64,000 nucleotides of DNA from Fervidobacterium sp. (GCA_049970055.1 JBMFNR010000001.1:576001-640000), one strand, 5' to 3'; positions 8,833-19,263 are shown, counted from the first letter of the stretch. The notes: generated by a model not told the origin, from the sequence alone. Numbers and translations are program-made.

Positions 8833-9323
8833 ACCATGTTAAGGAGTTTTTCAAGATCTTGTTCGGAAAGCTTTCTAAATCTCAACATTCTACACCGTGA
8901 AAGTAGAGCTGGGTTTATAACATGTTGCGGATTTTCAGTTGTTGTTCCAAAAAGCACGTAGGTACCAGTTTCTACACCGGGTAAAAAAACATCCTGCTGT
9001 TTTTTGTTAAACCGATGGATTTCGTCTACAAATATTAGGATTTTCTTTATTCCTCTCATATTACGCGCGTACTTTTCCAAGTTCTTTATATCTTCAGTGC
9101 TTGTAAATGCTGCGTTCATTTGGACAACTTCGTAGTTGGTGTATCTTTTGATAAGATTCACCACAGAACTCTTCCCGCTTCCGGGAGGTCCGAAAAGTAT
9201 TGCGGAAAATAAGTTGTTATTCTCAATTGACACACGTAAAAAAGCACCCTCGCCGAGAAGGTGCTCCTGACCAACAAAATCTTCAAAAGTATTAGGCCTG
9301 AGTATTTCGCTTAAACCACTCAA
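8833..9323 (-). pseudogene. rarA: rarA/mgsA 5' half (AAA+ core); reads into the insertion and stops at 8802
   Basis: LRP..FEDFVGQEHL, GPPGSGKS, FVDEIHRFNKKQQD, TTENP, ALLSRC. Confidence 0.92.
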
Positions 9324-10227
9324 CAGTTTTCTTCAACCCCTCTTCGAGCGTGTACTTTGGTTCCCACTTTAGTTCGATCCATGCACGATTATAGCAAAGC
9401 AAACTTTTTCTTATATCGCCTTTCCTGTGGGGGCCATAGATAGGATCCTTTTTGTATCCGGTAAGCTTCTTTAGCAATTTGAACAATTCGTTTGTAGTTG
9501 TTCCAGTTGCTGTTCCGATGTTAATAACAAGACCATCACCTTTTTCCATTGCCTTTATGTTTGCATCTACTACGTCTTCTACGTAAACGTAATCTCTTGT
9601 GTATTCTCCATCACCAAATATTGTGCAATCTTCGTTTTTTAGCATTCTTGAAGTAAAAATAGCTACAACTCCAGCTTCACCGTATGGGTCTTGCCTTGGA
9701 CCGTAAACATTACCGTATCTTAAAACGGTGTACGAAAGGCCAAATTCTTTGCTAAAAAACCTCAGATAATTTTCAACAGCAAATTTTGCAATACCGTATG
9801 GAGACATTGGCTGCGGGAAAACACTTTCAGGAGTTGGGAAGACCTTGACGTCCTCGCCATAAATAGCTCCACCTGTAGAAGAGAATATAAATTTTTTTAC
9901 GCCATGTCCTATCGATGCCTTTATTAAATTTATGCTTCCAATTATATTCCAATTTGCATCTTTAACAGGGTCCTTTACGGAAATAGCCACACTTGCCTGC
10001 GCTGCCAGATGAAAGACGTATTCGAATTTTTCAGATTCAAATAATTGATCTGTTTTCTCACTTTCGTAAATGTCCATTTCTAAAAACTTAGCTTTTGGAT
10101 TAACATTCTCCCTCTTTCCAGTCGAAAGGTTGTCTATAACAACCACGTCGTGGCCCAGTTCGACTAATCTGTCTGTAAGATGTGATCCAATAAAGCCAGC
10201 TCCACCCGTTACTAGTACTTTACTCAT
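9292..10227 (-). CDS. NAD-dependent epimerase (UDP-glucose 4-epimerase-like)
   Basis: TGGAGFIGSH, YGIAK, LRYGNVYGP; start taken at MSKV. Confidence 0.92.
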   Translation of the reverse strand: MSKVLVTGGAGFIGSHLTDRLVELGHDVVVIDNLSTGKRENVNPKAKFLEMDIYESEKTDQLFESEKFEYVFHLAAQASVAISVKDPVKDANWNIIGSINLIKASIGHGVKKFIFSSTGGAIYGEDVKVFPTPESVFPQPMSPYGIAKFAVENYLRFFSKEFGLSYTVLRYGNVYGPRQDPYGEAGVVAIFTSRMLKNEDCTIFGDGEYTRDYVYVEDVVDANIKAMEKGDGLVINIGTATGTTTNELFKLLKKLTGYKKDPIYGPHRKGDIRKSLLCYNRAWIELKWEPKYTLEEGLKKTVEWFKRNTQA

Positions 10228-10738
10228 CAACTTCATCCTCCTTTATTTTTCCTTTCAATGTGTAAACTTCTTCTGGTATTTCTAGATTCATTCTTTGCTC
10301 TTTTATAAACTTTTCTAACTCCTCGGCTTTTTCTTTAGTAAAATCAATCAAAACTGAGTAAAACCTTCTTAATTTTCTTCTCGTGTCCGCATCCAAATCG
10401 TACACCATCAGATTTGCAATTTGTTCAGCTTTTTTTTCAGGCACTCCCACCACATACATGAAAAAATACTTTATTCTTGACTCGCCTGATTTTAACATCT
10501 GAGCTATTCTTAAGCCACGTGGGGTGAGTTTTACAAAACCATATCTTTTGTGGTCAACGAGCCCAAGCTCTACAAGTTTTTTCACAGCATTAGTTGCGCT
10601 CGCATAAGATACACTTTTCAATTTAGCTATTTCTGAAATTCTTGCTACGCCTTCTTTTTCGATGAGAGAATATATCGCAGAAATGTAGCTCATAACTGTC
10701 GATGTTAATTTTGTTTCATGCTTGTTTTCGCTTTTCAC
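10220..10738 (-). CDS. DtxR/MntR-family transcriptional regulator with degenerate metal sites
   Basis: YISAIY...ARISEIA...VS.ASATNAVKKL...GLV...Y..VKLT..G winged-HTH pattern. Confidence 0.8.
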   Translation of the reverse strand: MKSENKHETKLTSTVMSYISAIYSLIEKEGVARISEIAKLKSVSYASATNAVKKLVELGLVDHKRYGFVKLTPRGLRIAQMLKSGESRIKYFFMYVVGVPEKKAEQIANLMVYDLDADTRRKLRRFYSVLIDFTKEKAEELEKFIKEQRMNLEIPEEVYTLKGKIKEDEVDE

Positions 10739-10768
10739 AAGTCCTTCCTCCTTGTAATCTACTCATAT

Positions 10769-11386
10769 TTACTCATTTTTCCTCTCGATTTTACCCGTCA
10801 TTTCTTGCAAAAACGTATCGTAATAGTTTCTCACCTTTTTAATATCTTGCCAAGTTAAGTCTTTTGGACTTCCCTTTTCTTTCGATGGATTTCTTAGTAG
10901 ATAACTGGGGTGAAACATTGGAAAGATTATTATTCCGCCTTTCCAAATAAATTCCTTCCCTCGTATCTTCGTTATACTTTCTTCCTTTCCTAAAAAAAAC
11001 ATAGCAGCCGTACTACCAAGTGGAACTATCATTCTTGGGTTTATTACTTCTATCTGTGCAATTAAATAATGTGAGCATGCCTGGATTTCCAAGTTTGTGG
11101 GAACCCTATTATTCGGTGGACGGCATTTGACAACATTTGTAATATAAACTTCCTCTCTTTTTATATTTACTGATTCAAGAATCTTCGTCAATAGCTGACC
11201 CGCTTTTCCGACAAACGGTCTTCCCTGATTGTCTTCTTCTTCACCAGGCCCTTCACCTACAAACATAATGGGTGAATATATATTACCTTCCCCTGGTACA
11301 ACATTTTTCCTCACTAAACCAAGAGGACAGCTTTTACAATCTTTTATTCTATCTTCGATGGCCTTTATTAACTCTTCTTTTTTCAT
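10769..11386 (-). CDS. Uracil-DNA glycosylase family 4
   Basis: CKSCPL, GEGPG, NVVKCRPPNNR, HPSYLLR. Confidence 0.95.
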   Translation of the reverse strand: MKKEELIKAIEDRIKDCKSCPLGLVRKNVVPGEGNIYSPIMFVGEGPGEEEDNQGRPFVGKAGQLLTKILESVNIKREEVYITNVVKCRPPNNRVPTNLEIQACSHYLIAQIEVINPRMIVPLGSTAAMFFLGKEESITKIRGKEFIWKGGIIIFPMFHPSYLLRNPSKEKGSPKDLTWQDIKKVRNYYDTFLQEMTGKIERKNE

Positions 11387-11535
11387 ATCATCACCTATCT
11401 TTTAGTGTCTTTTAAATGGTATGAAGATAAACTAACATTGTTATACTAACATTTTTATTATACCACAAAATGCTTATAATATGCAAGTGGTTTGCTAAGA
11501 CATTAAATTAATCGACATATGTATATAAATAGAAA

Positions 11536-11565
11536 TAACCCTGCTTGTTCGCTTAAGCAGGGTTA
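11536..11565 (-). terminator. Probable intrinsic terminator of the marR-ABC operon
   Basis: TAACCCTGCTT-N8-AAGCAGGGTTA hairpin with A/T-rich flanks. Confidence 0.65.
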
Positions 11566-11620
11566 AAAGTTTTATTCGATTAATTTTATTAATTTGATTA
11601 TGGAGAGTTAAACTGTCTAC

Positions 11621-11670
11621 AGGTTATCACAGTTTACCGTAGTTTATGATAGTTTATAGTATTTTATTAT
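11621..11670. repeat. Five imperfect 10-bp tandem repeats
   Basis: aggttatcac agtttaccgt agtttatgat agtttatagt attttattat. Confidence 0.55.
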
Positions 11671-11696
11671 AGACAATCAACAACTATTATCGACTA

Positions 11697-13595
11697 TCAT
11701 GCATCTACTATCGCACCGAGGAACTGACTTTTGTACATATCTGCGTAGAAGCCACCCTTTTTAAGTAGTTCTTTGTGTTTACCAATTTCTATTATATTTC
11801 CTTCATTCATGACTAGTATTATATCCGCATCGCGTATTGTCGAAAGCCTATGTGCAATAACAAACGTGGTTCTCCCTTTCATTAGATCTGCCATTGCGCG
11901 TTGGATATATATTTCAGTTAACGTATCAACGTTACTTGTAGCCTCATCTAAGATCAATATATCTGGATCTGCTAAGAACGCTCTTGCAATCGTTATGAGT
12001 TGCTTTTCACCTTGCGAAATATTCGATGAGTCCTCTCCAATTAACGTATCATAACCATCCGGCATGCCCATTATAAAATGATGGATATATGCCATCTTCG
12101 CTGCTCTTATTATCTCTTCTTGTGTTGCATTTTCCTTACCGTAAGCTATGTTTTCTTTTATTGTTCCTGAGAAAAGCCATGTGTCTTGTAATACCATACC
12201 AAAATGCTTCCTGAGATTATACCGTTTTATATCTCTAATATCCACTCCGTCTACTTTTATACTTCCACCTTGAATTTCGTAGAATCTCATGAGCAAGTTT
12301 ACTAGGGTTGTTTTCCCTGCTCCCGTTGGACCTACGATAGCAATTTTCTGACCGCTTTTAACATCGATATTCAAATTTTCAATGAGTGGCTTTTCTGGAA
12401 AGTAACTGAACTTTACGTTTTCAAATTTTACATTTCCGTTGACACTTTCAAGTTCTATTGCATTTTCTCTATCGGGTATTTCTTCTTTTTCTTTAAGTAT
12501 CTCAAAAACCCTTTCCGAGGCTGCAAGTGTTGACTGAATCATGTTAACGATGTTAGCGATTTGGACAATTGGTTGATTGAATTGCCTGGAATATTGTATA
12601 AATGCTTGAACATCACCTATTGTTATAGATTTCTTTGTTACTAAAATACCTCCTCCGACCGCCACAATTATATAGCCGAGGTTACCTATAAAATTCATTA
12701 CTGGCATTATGATTCCAGATATAAATTGAGCTTTTTTACTTTCTTTGTAAAGCTGCTCATTAACTTTAGTAAATTTTTCAAGTTCATCTTTTTCTCTACC
12801 GTACGCTTTGACAACTATGTGCCCTCCATAAACTTCTTCTACTTGTCCTGTAAGCATTCCAAGAAACTTCTGCTGTGCAGCAAAGTATTTTTGAGAATGT
12901 TTTGCAATAAAAATCGTTGCAAAAGCGCTTAATGGTAAGGTAATGAGCGTAAGCAATGTCAAATTGACGTTTATCGTTAGCATCATGTACGTTATTCCTA
13001 CTATTGTAACAATTCCTGATATAAATTGTGTTAAGCTCTGTTGGAGTGTGTTGCTTATCAAGTCAATATCGTTTGTTACACGACTGATTATATCACCATG
13101 CGAACGATGATCGTAAAAACTCAAAGGTAGCCTTTTTAGTTTGTCATTCACATCCTCTCTCATTTTTCTAGTAACTTTTTGTGTGATACCAGCCATCAGG
13201 TAACCTTGGAGGAAGTTCAAAACGGCAGAGATACCGTATAAGATTCCAACTGTTGTCAATATCCTAAAAATTTTGTCAAAATCCATCGAAGTTTTAAGAA
13301 AAGCAGAGAACGGAGTCTTTCTGATCATTACCACTCTGAAAATTTCTGTTGTTGCCTCACCCATAATCTTAGGTGCTTTTATTGAAAGTACCGTTGCTAC
13401 TATGGTTAATGCAAGCACGATTATTATCGCAAGAGCGTGCGGTTTAAGGTAGATCATTAACTTTTTCATTGCCTCTTTGAAATCCTTGGGTTTTTCCCCC
13501 CCTCTTGCAAAACTCGGCCCACCTTGTCCCATCAAGCCACGCCTTTGTTGTGAATTTTGAGTAGATATTTTCTGTTTATCTGTCATCTTGATCAC
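11697..13595 (-). CDS. Heterodimeric ABC exporter subunit (TM288-like)
   Basis: Six TM helices plus NBD: GPTGAGKT, ISQGE, LDEATS, AHR. Confidence 0.92.
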   Translation of the reverse strand: MIKMTDKQKISTQNSQQRRGLMGQGGPSFARGGEKPKDFKEAMKKLMIYLKPHALAIIIVLALTIVATVLSIKAPKIMGEATTEIFRVVMIRKTPFSAFLKTSMDFDKIFRILTTVGILYGISAVLNFLQGYLMAGITQKVTRKMREDVNDKLKRLPLSFYDHRSHGDIISRVTNDIDLISNTLQQSLTQFISGIVTIVGITYMMLTINVNLTLLTLITLPLSAFATIFIAKHSQKYFAAQQKFLGMLTGQVEEVYGGHIVVKAYGREKDELEKFTKVNEQLYKESKKAQFISGIIMPVMNFIGNLGYIIVAVGGGILVTKKSITIGDVQAFIQYSRQFNQPIVQIANIVNMIQSTLAASERVFEILKEKEEIPDRENAIELESVNGNVKFENVKFSYFPEKPLIENLNIDVKSGQKIAIVGPTGAGKTTLVNLLMRFYEIQGGSIKVDGVDIRDIKRYNLRKHFGMVLQDTWLFSGTIKENIAYGKENATQEEIIRAAKMAYIHHFIMGMPDGYDTLIGEDSSNISQGEKQLITIARAFLADPDILILDEATSNVDTLTEIYIQRAMADLMKGRTTFVIAHRLSTIRDADIILVMNEGNIIEIGKHKELLKKGGFYADMYKSQFLGAIVDA

Positions 13596-13596
13596 C

Positions 13597-15336
13597 TCAC
13601 AGGACTTCTTCTTTGGAAAGTTGAGAGTACACTATTTCTTTATAAACTTCGTTACTATTTAGTAATTCATCGTGCGTACCGATACCTACTATTTCGCCGT
13701 CTTTTAAAACAATTATTTGGTCGGCGTGCATTATCGTTGCAACACGTTGAGCTACAATTATTACGGTTGAATCTCTGGTTTCTTTGAAAAGTTTAGCTCT
13801 CACCTTAGCGTCTGTCCTAAAATCAAGTGCACTGAAGGTATCATCAAAGAGGTATATCCTTGGCTTCCCAGCGATAGTGCGTGCGATGGATATTCTTTGC
13901 TTTTGACCACCTGAGAGGTTCAATCCTGCTTGATCTATGTGATAATCTAAACCTTCTGGGTATTTTTGAGAGAATTCTAATACCTGAGCAATGTCAGCTG
14001 CATGCTCAACCATCTCGTCCGTAATCCATTCACGACCAAATTTTATATTCTCTCGTATCGTTCCAGAAAAAATAACTGCTTTTTGCGTTGCGTAACCTAT
14101 ATTTCTTTTCATGATTTCAAAAGGAATTTTCCTCACATCGATACCATCGATCATGATATTGCCAGAAGTCACATCATAAAATCTAACAATGAGGTTCAAA
14201 AGTGTAGATTTTCCCGAACCTGTTGCACCTATTATAGCAGTTATCTTTCCGGGTAAGGCTGTAAACGAAATACCTTTCAAGACAGGCTCAGCTGCGCCCG
14301 GGTAGGAAAAAGTAACATTGTTAAATTCAATCTCTCCGTTAATATCACTTTCGCCTTGAAAGACAGGAAAAAGAGTGTTCTTTTCTGGTTCTTTGATTTT
14401 CGGTTCGGTTGTTAAAACTTCTCTTATTCTTTGATTTGAAACACTTGCGCGTGGAAGAAAGATGAATATAACGGAAATCATTATAAATGAGAACATTATT
14501 TGCATCACATACTGCATGACAGCCATCATTTGGCCGATTTGTAATGTACCGGCATCGATCTGTTTTGCACCAAACCAAATTATTGCTATTATTGTAAAAT
14601 TCATCACTATCATCATGTAAGGGAAAAGTAACGATGCAACCCTATTAACAATTAAAGAAGTTCTTGTAAGGTCGTCGTTTGCTTGCTTAAAACGTTCTCT
14701 TTCTTTGTCTTCTTTATTAAAAGCTCTTATTACCCTTATACCCGTTACCCTTTCTCTGACAATTAAGTTCAATTTGTCTATCTTTTTTTGCATGCTTTTG
14801 AAAAGTGGAGCGACTATCCAAGCTATGATTCCAAGCCCTGCCAACATTACGGGAACGGATACGAGCAGAATACTTGTGAGTTTGGCATCCTTTTGGACTG
14901 CCATTATAATTCCTCCAACCGCCATGACTGGTGCCATTACAACCATTCTGAGAATCATGACGGTAGCTTGTTGTATTTGTGTTACATCATTTGTTGTTCT
15001 TGTGATTAAGGAAGAAGTGCTGAATTTGTTCATTTCTTCTAAGTAGAAAGATTCAACCTTTTTGAAAATAGCTTCTCTCAGGTCTTTGCCAAGCCCCATG
15101 CTTACAATCGAAGACGTGTAACTTGCCAAAATAGCTGCAAGGACACTAAAAAAGGAAACTAGGAGCATCTTACTTCCAATTTGCCAGATATAATTCGTAT
15201 CACCTTTTGTTACACCTTTGTCTATAATATCCGACATCAGATCAGGAAGATACAATGAGATGATAGATTGAACAACCACAAGTAATACAGTTATGACGAT
15301 CAATAACCAGTATTTTTTGAGATATTTTCCTAGCAC
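13597..15336 (-). CDS. Heterodimeric ABC exporter subunit (TM287-like, degenerate NBD)
   Basis: GATGSGKS, LSGGQ; Walker B FDD and switch AQR are non-canonical. Confidence 0.92.
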   Translation of the reverse strand: MLGKYLKKYWLLIVITVLLVVVQSIISLYLPDLMSDIIDKGVTKGDTNYIWQIGSKMLLVSFFSVLAAILASYTSSIVSMGLGKDLREAIFKKVESFYLEEMNKFSTSSLITRTTNDVTQIQQATVMILRMVVMAPVMAVGGIIMAVQKDAKLTSILLVSVPVMLAGLGIIAWIVAPLFKSMQKKIDKLNLIVRERVTGIRVIRAFNKEDKERERFKQANDDLTRTSLIVNRVASLLFPYMMIVMNFTIIAIIWFGAKQIDAGTLQIGQMMAVMQYVMQIMFSFIMISVIFIFLPRASVSNQRIREVLTTEPKIKEPEKNTLFPVFQGESDINGEIEFNNVTFSYPGAAEPVLKGISFTALPGKITAIIGATGSGKSTLLNLIVRFYDVTSGNIMIDGIDVRKIPFEIMKRNIGYATQKAVIFSGTIRENIKFGREWITDEMVEHAADIAQVLEFSQKYPEGLDYHIDQAGLNLSGGQKQRISIARTIAGKPRIYLFDDTFSALDFRTDAKVRAKLFKETRDSTVIIVAQRVATIMHADQIIVLKDGEIVGIGTHDELLNSNEVYKEIVYSQLSKEEVL

Positions 15337-15794
15337 TCTAAATCACGCTCCTTTTGAAAGTATTCGTCAATTAACCTTTTTTCTATTTTATTCAAAATGT
15401 TTCCCAAATTTTCTATTTCTTCATCCGTAATAGCTGAAAGTATATTCCTTTCTAAATTATCTACTATCTCCCTAACATGTTGAAGTACATTTTGTGCCTT
15501 CTGGGTTAGATATACGTGCAAGATTCGTCTATCTTTTTCATCAGCTTCTCGATAAATAAAACCGTTTTTCTCCATACGCTTTAGCATCACCGCGACTGTT
15601 CCTGGTTCAATATTTAAAGTGTCAGCAATTTCACGTTGGTTGATACCAGGTTTACGATTTATGATAAAAAGCATAGGTATCTGCCCAGGGTGAATTCCAA
15701 ATTCTTTTGATATTTTTTCATGAATAATCTTGAAAATCGCTCTTTGAAGCTTGTTTAGAGAGTAAATAAGACCTTTGTGATAACCATCAAACAT
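15330..15794 (-). CDS. MarR-family regulator
   Basis: QREIA...LKRMEKNGFIYR...DRR..V.LT; first gene of the ABC exporter operon. Confidence 0.92.
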   Translation of the reverse strand: MFDGYHKGLIYSLNKLQRAIFKIIHEKISKEFGIHPGQIPMLFIINRKPGINQREIADTLNIEPGTVAVMLKRMEKNGFIYREADEKDRRILHVYLTQKAQNVLQHVREIVDNLERNILSAITDEEIENLGNILNKIEKRLIDEYFQKERDLEC

Positions 15795-15855
15795 AGTTTC
15801 ATCCCTTTCTGTCTCAGTATCGTTTTTGGCATAGTTTCATATAGTTTCATGTATA

Positions 15856-15898
15856 ATAATTATATGTCTCATTATAATACGTATAACTATTTTGTCAA
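15856..15898 (-). promoter_or_regulatory. marR operon promoter with overlapping imperfect palindrome (candidate MarR operator)
   Basis: Minus strand TTGACA (15898-15893), 16 bp, TATAAT (15876-15871); palindrome ATAATTATATGTCTCATTAT at 15856-15875. Confidence 0.6.
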
Positions 15899-15968
15899 TG
15901 CCAGGAAATTGCTGGTATTTATTCGAATGTTATGGTATAATTTATCTGAAGTTAATTAATTTGATGGA

Positions 15969-16469
15969 GTGTTCGTTATGCTTAAGTTCTTAAAAAGTGA
16001 AAGAGTTTGGATTGCTATAATCGGTTTAATAGCTTTGACTTTTCTAATTCTGTCCCTTTCAGGTTTGAAAAGGGTGTTTTTTATTGTGCGTGATATTAGG
16101 TTAAATCTCGATGTTACCGAGGTTAAAGTAAATGGTATAAATCTGGAAATCAAATCTAAGCTGTCAATGAGTTTTCCAAAGAATGACGAAGGTTTAGCAC
16201 AAAATACTGACATAGAAATTGTACAGATAAAAGTGTTTGATGATGGTGGCAATTACTTGGGTTCATGGAATGGTAATGTTCAAAGGGAAGGTAATGGAAA
16301 GTACGTATTGAACTTTTCTTTTTCTGATGTAAAAATATTTGAAGAAAATAAGGAACTTGATAAATTTAACATAGAAGGTTTTGCCAAGGTGAAGATGAAC
16401 GTTGGTAGGTATGGCTTAAAAATAAACGTTCCGCTGAAAGCCGAGGTGTCGAATTTTGGAAAGGACTAA
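15969..16469 (+). CDS. Hypothetical membrane-anchored protein
   Basis: N-terminal TM helix and beta-rich body; overlaps the ruvB start. Confidence 0.7.
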   Translation: MFVMLKFLKSERVWIAIIGLIALTFLILSLSGLKRVFFIVRDIRLNLDVTEVKVNGINLEIKSKLSMSFPKNDEGLAQNTDIEIVQIKVFDDGGNYLGSWNGNVQREGNGKYVLNFSFSDVKIFEENKELDKFNIEGFAKVKMNVGRYGLKINVPLKAEVSNFGKD

Positions 16470-17514
16470 TAATTTTCAAGAGGAATTGACAGAAAGAGTT
16501 GTTTCGCCTGAGCGTACCGGGTACGATACTTATTACCTAAGACCAAAGTTTCTTTCGGAATACATCGGTCAGGAAAATATAAAGCAAAGATTAAAACTTG
16601 CAATCCAAGCTTGTAAAATGCGTTCAGAACAACTGGATCACATACTTTTAGCAGGCCCTCCGGGGCTTGGCAAAACAACACTTGCGACAATAATTGCAAA
16701 TGAACTAAACGCTAACATACACATAACAAGTGGCCCCATACTTGAAAAGCAAGGCGACTTAGCCGCGATTCTTACAAACCTTGAAGCAGGTGATGTACTA
16801 TTTATAGATGAAATACATAGAATGAATAGAAATGTTGAAGAGATACTTTATTCAGCAATGGAAGATTATCAGATCGATATAATGATAGGCAAAGGGCCTG
16901 CTGCAAGATCTATAAGGGTAGACCTCCAACCTTTTACTCTAATTGGTGCGACAACACGCAGTGGGCTTTTGACTTCGCCACTTAGAAATAGGTTTGGTAT
17001 GATCTTTGAAATGAGTTTTTACACTAACGAAGAGTTGAAGCTTATAATCACACGAGCTGCACAGGTCATGGAAACAAATATAGACGACGACGCAGCACTT
17101 TCAATCGCTCAAAGGTCACGTGGTACGCCAAGAATTGCTATTCGGCTGTTGAAAAGAGTTCGTGACCTAAGTACGGTTAGAGGTTCTGAAAAGATAAATC
17201 TCTCTATGGTTAGCGAGGTGATGAATTTACTCGGTATTGACGAATATGGGCTTGATGAAATGGATAGGAAACTGCTAAAAATAATAATAGAAGTTTACAA
17301 GGGTGGTCCGGTTGGTTTGAAATCACTTGCAGCTTCGCTTGGTATTACAGAAGATACAATATCAGAAGTGTATGAACCATTCTTAGTCCAAAGTGGATTT
17401 ATTGCACGTAGCGCTAGAGGCAGAGTGGCAACGGAAAAGGCTTATAGGCACCTTGGTTATACTTTTCTATCTGGGGGACTGTTTGATGGAATTGATGATA
17501 AAAGAAAAATATGA
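16456..17514 (+). CDS. ruvB: Holliday junction branch migration helicase RuvB
   Basis: LRP...[35 protein letters not shown]. Confidence 0.98.
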   Translation: MERTNNFQEELTERVVSPERTGYDTYYLRPKFLSEYIGQENIKQRLKLAIQACKMRSEQLDHILLAGPPGLGKTTLATIIANELNANIHITSGPILEKQGDLAAILTNLEAGDVLFIDEIHRMNRNVEEILYSAMEDYQIDIMIGKGPAARSIRVDLQPFTLIGATTRSGLLTSPLRNRFGMIFEMSFYTNEELKLIITRAAQVMETNIDDDAALSIAQRSRGTPRIAIRLLKRVRDLSTVRGSEKINLSMVSEVMNLLGIDEYGLDEMDRKLLKIIIEVYKGGPVGLKSLAASLGITEDTISEVYEPFLVQSGFIARSARGRVATEKAYRHLGYTFLSGGLFDGIDDKRKI

Positions 17515-18172
17515 GAATGTTTTGAGTACAATATTTATCAACGCTTCAAAAGCTGGTAGAAACCCATCGGACATTAAAGTTGTGGCCGTTACGAAGACTC
17601 ATCCTGTTGAGGTTATAAAAGCTGCTTACAGCGTAGGTTTAAGAATCTTTGGAGAGAACTACGCTCAGGAACTGAGGGATAAATCAAGGGAGCTGGATTA
17701 TCCTGATATAGAATGGCACTTCATAGGTAGGATTCAAACGAACAAATTGAAATACGTTGTACCGGTTGCTTATCTTATCCATTCTGTGCACAGACTTGAA
17801 GAGTTAGAAGAAATAAATAAGGTAGCTGGAAGAATTGGTAAAGTGCAAAAAATCTTGATAGAAGTAAATGTTTCTGGTGAGGAGACAAAAAGTGGTATTC
17901 ACCCAGATGAAGTTGAAAAACTGTTGGAAAGTGCACAACATTTTCAAAACGTTGAAATTGTAGGTTTAATGACCATGGCGCCGTATATTGAACCAGAGCA
18001 AACAAGAAAGTACTTCAGGATGTTGCGTGAACTTAGAGATGAGTTGTCAAGGAAATTTCCAAATTTAAAAGAACTTTCGATGGGAATGACTAACGATTAT
18101 CATGTGGCTGTTGAGGAAGGTAGTACTATTGTAAGGATTGGTACTGCTATATTTGGTGAAAGGGGGAAATAA
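17486..18172 (+). CDS. yggS: YggS-family PLP homeostasis protein
   Basis: [32 protein letters not shown]; start re-set to ATG 17486. Confidence 0.95.
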   Translation: MELMIKEKYENVLSTIFINASKAGRNPSDIKVVAVTKTHPVEVIKAAYSVGLRIFGENYAQELRDKSRELDYPDIEWHFIGRIQTNKLKYVVPVAYLIHSVHRLEELEEINKVAGRIGKVQKILIEVNVSGEETKSGIHPDEVEKLLESAQHFQNVEIVGLMTMAPYIEPEQTRKYFRMLRELRDELSRKFPNLKELSMGMTNDYHVAVEEGSTIVRIGTAIFGERGK

Positions 18173-18174
18173 TT

Positions 18175-18471
18175 ATGTTCATACTTGGAAATTTCTTCTC
18201 AGCTATAGGCTATGTTTTAAGAGTGTTTATAAACTTTGAGATTACTATCATCATAATTAGTGCAATATTGAGTTGGATACCAGGTGTTTATTCATCTAGA
18301 ATATATCACGTTTTTAAGGAACTGGCAGAGCTAGTTGAAAGACCTTTAAGAAGGTATATACCACTTATCGGTTATTTAGACATAACACCATTCATAGCTA
18401 TTTTAGTTCTTATTTTTATAGATCGTTTCATAGCTCAGTCACTTATAGACCTCGGTTGGAGATTAAGATAA
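18175..18471 (+). CDS. yggT: YggT-family membrane protein
   Basis: ILSWI, PLRRYIP, LDITP; follows yggS. Confidence 0.9.
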   Translation: MFILGNFFSAIGYVLRVFINFEITIIIISAILSWIPGVYSSRIYHVFKELAELVERPLRRYIPLIGYLDITPFIAILVLIFIDRFIAQSLIDLGWRLR

Positions 18472-18474
18472 GTT

Positions 18475-19263
18475 ATGAAAATTGGGATTTTTTATAGGAC
18501 GGACTATGTTCAGTCGGCAAAGTTTGTTTTAGATACGTTGATTAAACAATTCGAAGTCAGACATTTCACAGATTCCTCAGTAATTTTTGATGAGGAAAAA
18601 TTTGATGTTGACATCACAATCGTTGTTGGCGGTGATGGAACAGTCCTGAGGACTTTGAAAAAGGTGAAAACACCTGTTATCGGTATTAAAGCAGGGCGCT
18701 TAGGATTTTTTTCAGGTTATTTACTCAACGAACTTGATAGATTGATAGAAGATTTGAAAAATAATAACTTTGCTGAAGATAAACGCTGGACACTCAGGAT
18801 AGAAACGAAAAAAAGTACATACTTTGCTATAAACGATGCTGTCTTTCAAAAAGATATCGAACAGAAAATATTAGACCTTGATGTTAAGATAACTGATGGG
18901 ACGTTCTTTTACCATGCTGATGGTTTGGTGATAAGCACTCCCACGGGTTCTTCTGCTTATGCATTAGCACTTGGAGGACCTATTATGCTTCCGAATGTAG
19001 AGGCTTTTGAGATAACGCCGATTGCCCCGCAGTTTTTGGCAACACGTAGCCTTGTCATTCCAAGTAGTGAGAAAATTTTTGTCAAATCAAGTGAAAACGC
19101 TAATTTGATAATAGATGGAGATTTAATTGAGAAGGTCAATGAATTTTACGTGCGTAAATGTACGAGGTTAGTAACTATTCTGAGACCCAAAAACTACGAT
19201 TTTTCAACTTCGATTAAAGAAAAAATTGGATACGGAAGAAAAGTTCTGGGAAATGGCGCATAA
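18475..19263 (+). CDS. nadK: NAD kinase
   Basis: GGDGT, GRLGF, AIND, STPTGSSAYALALGGP. Confidence 0.95.
   Translation: MKIGIFYRTDYVQSAKFVLDTLIKQFEVRHFTDSSVIFDEEKFDVDITIVVGGDGTVLRTLKKVKTPVIGIKAGRLGFFSGYLLNELDRLIEDLKNNNFAEDKRWTLRIETKKSTYFAINDAVFQKDIEQKILDLDVKITDGTFFYHADGLVISTPTGSSAYALALGGPIMLPNVEAFEITPIAPQFLATRSLVIPSSEKIFVKSSENANLIIDGDLIEKVNEFYVRKCTRLVTILRPKNYDFSTSIKEKIGYGRKVLGNGA

Larger units (their letters stand above)
7678..8835. mobile_element. 1158-bp insertion in rarA, no recombinase, one cargo gene
   Basis: ACC at 7675-7677 and 8833-8835 (TTACCCT vs TGACCAT). Removing the segment restores one 409-aa RarA frame (...LEKLLNMVISYVGV...). The crossover could lie a few nt away. Confidence 0.8.

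Noticed and set aside
8729..8835. Minus-strand peptide STTEGGGYLVEDIRR resembling HK97 capsid N-terminal motifs
   Set aside because: About 30 codons with no start and no other phage genes; too short to distinguish from chance.
7678..8836. Group I or II intron, or intein, in rarA
   Set aside because: A U|...G| boundary can be drawn, but I see no group I core or group II end motifs. The ORF is antisense and is not an endonuclease or RT. In-frame stops exclude an intein.
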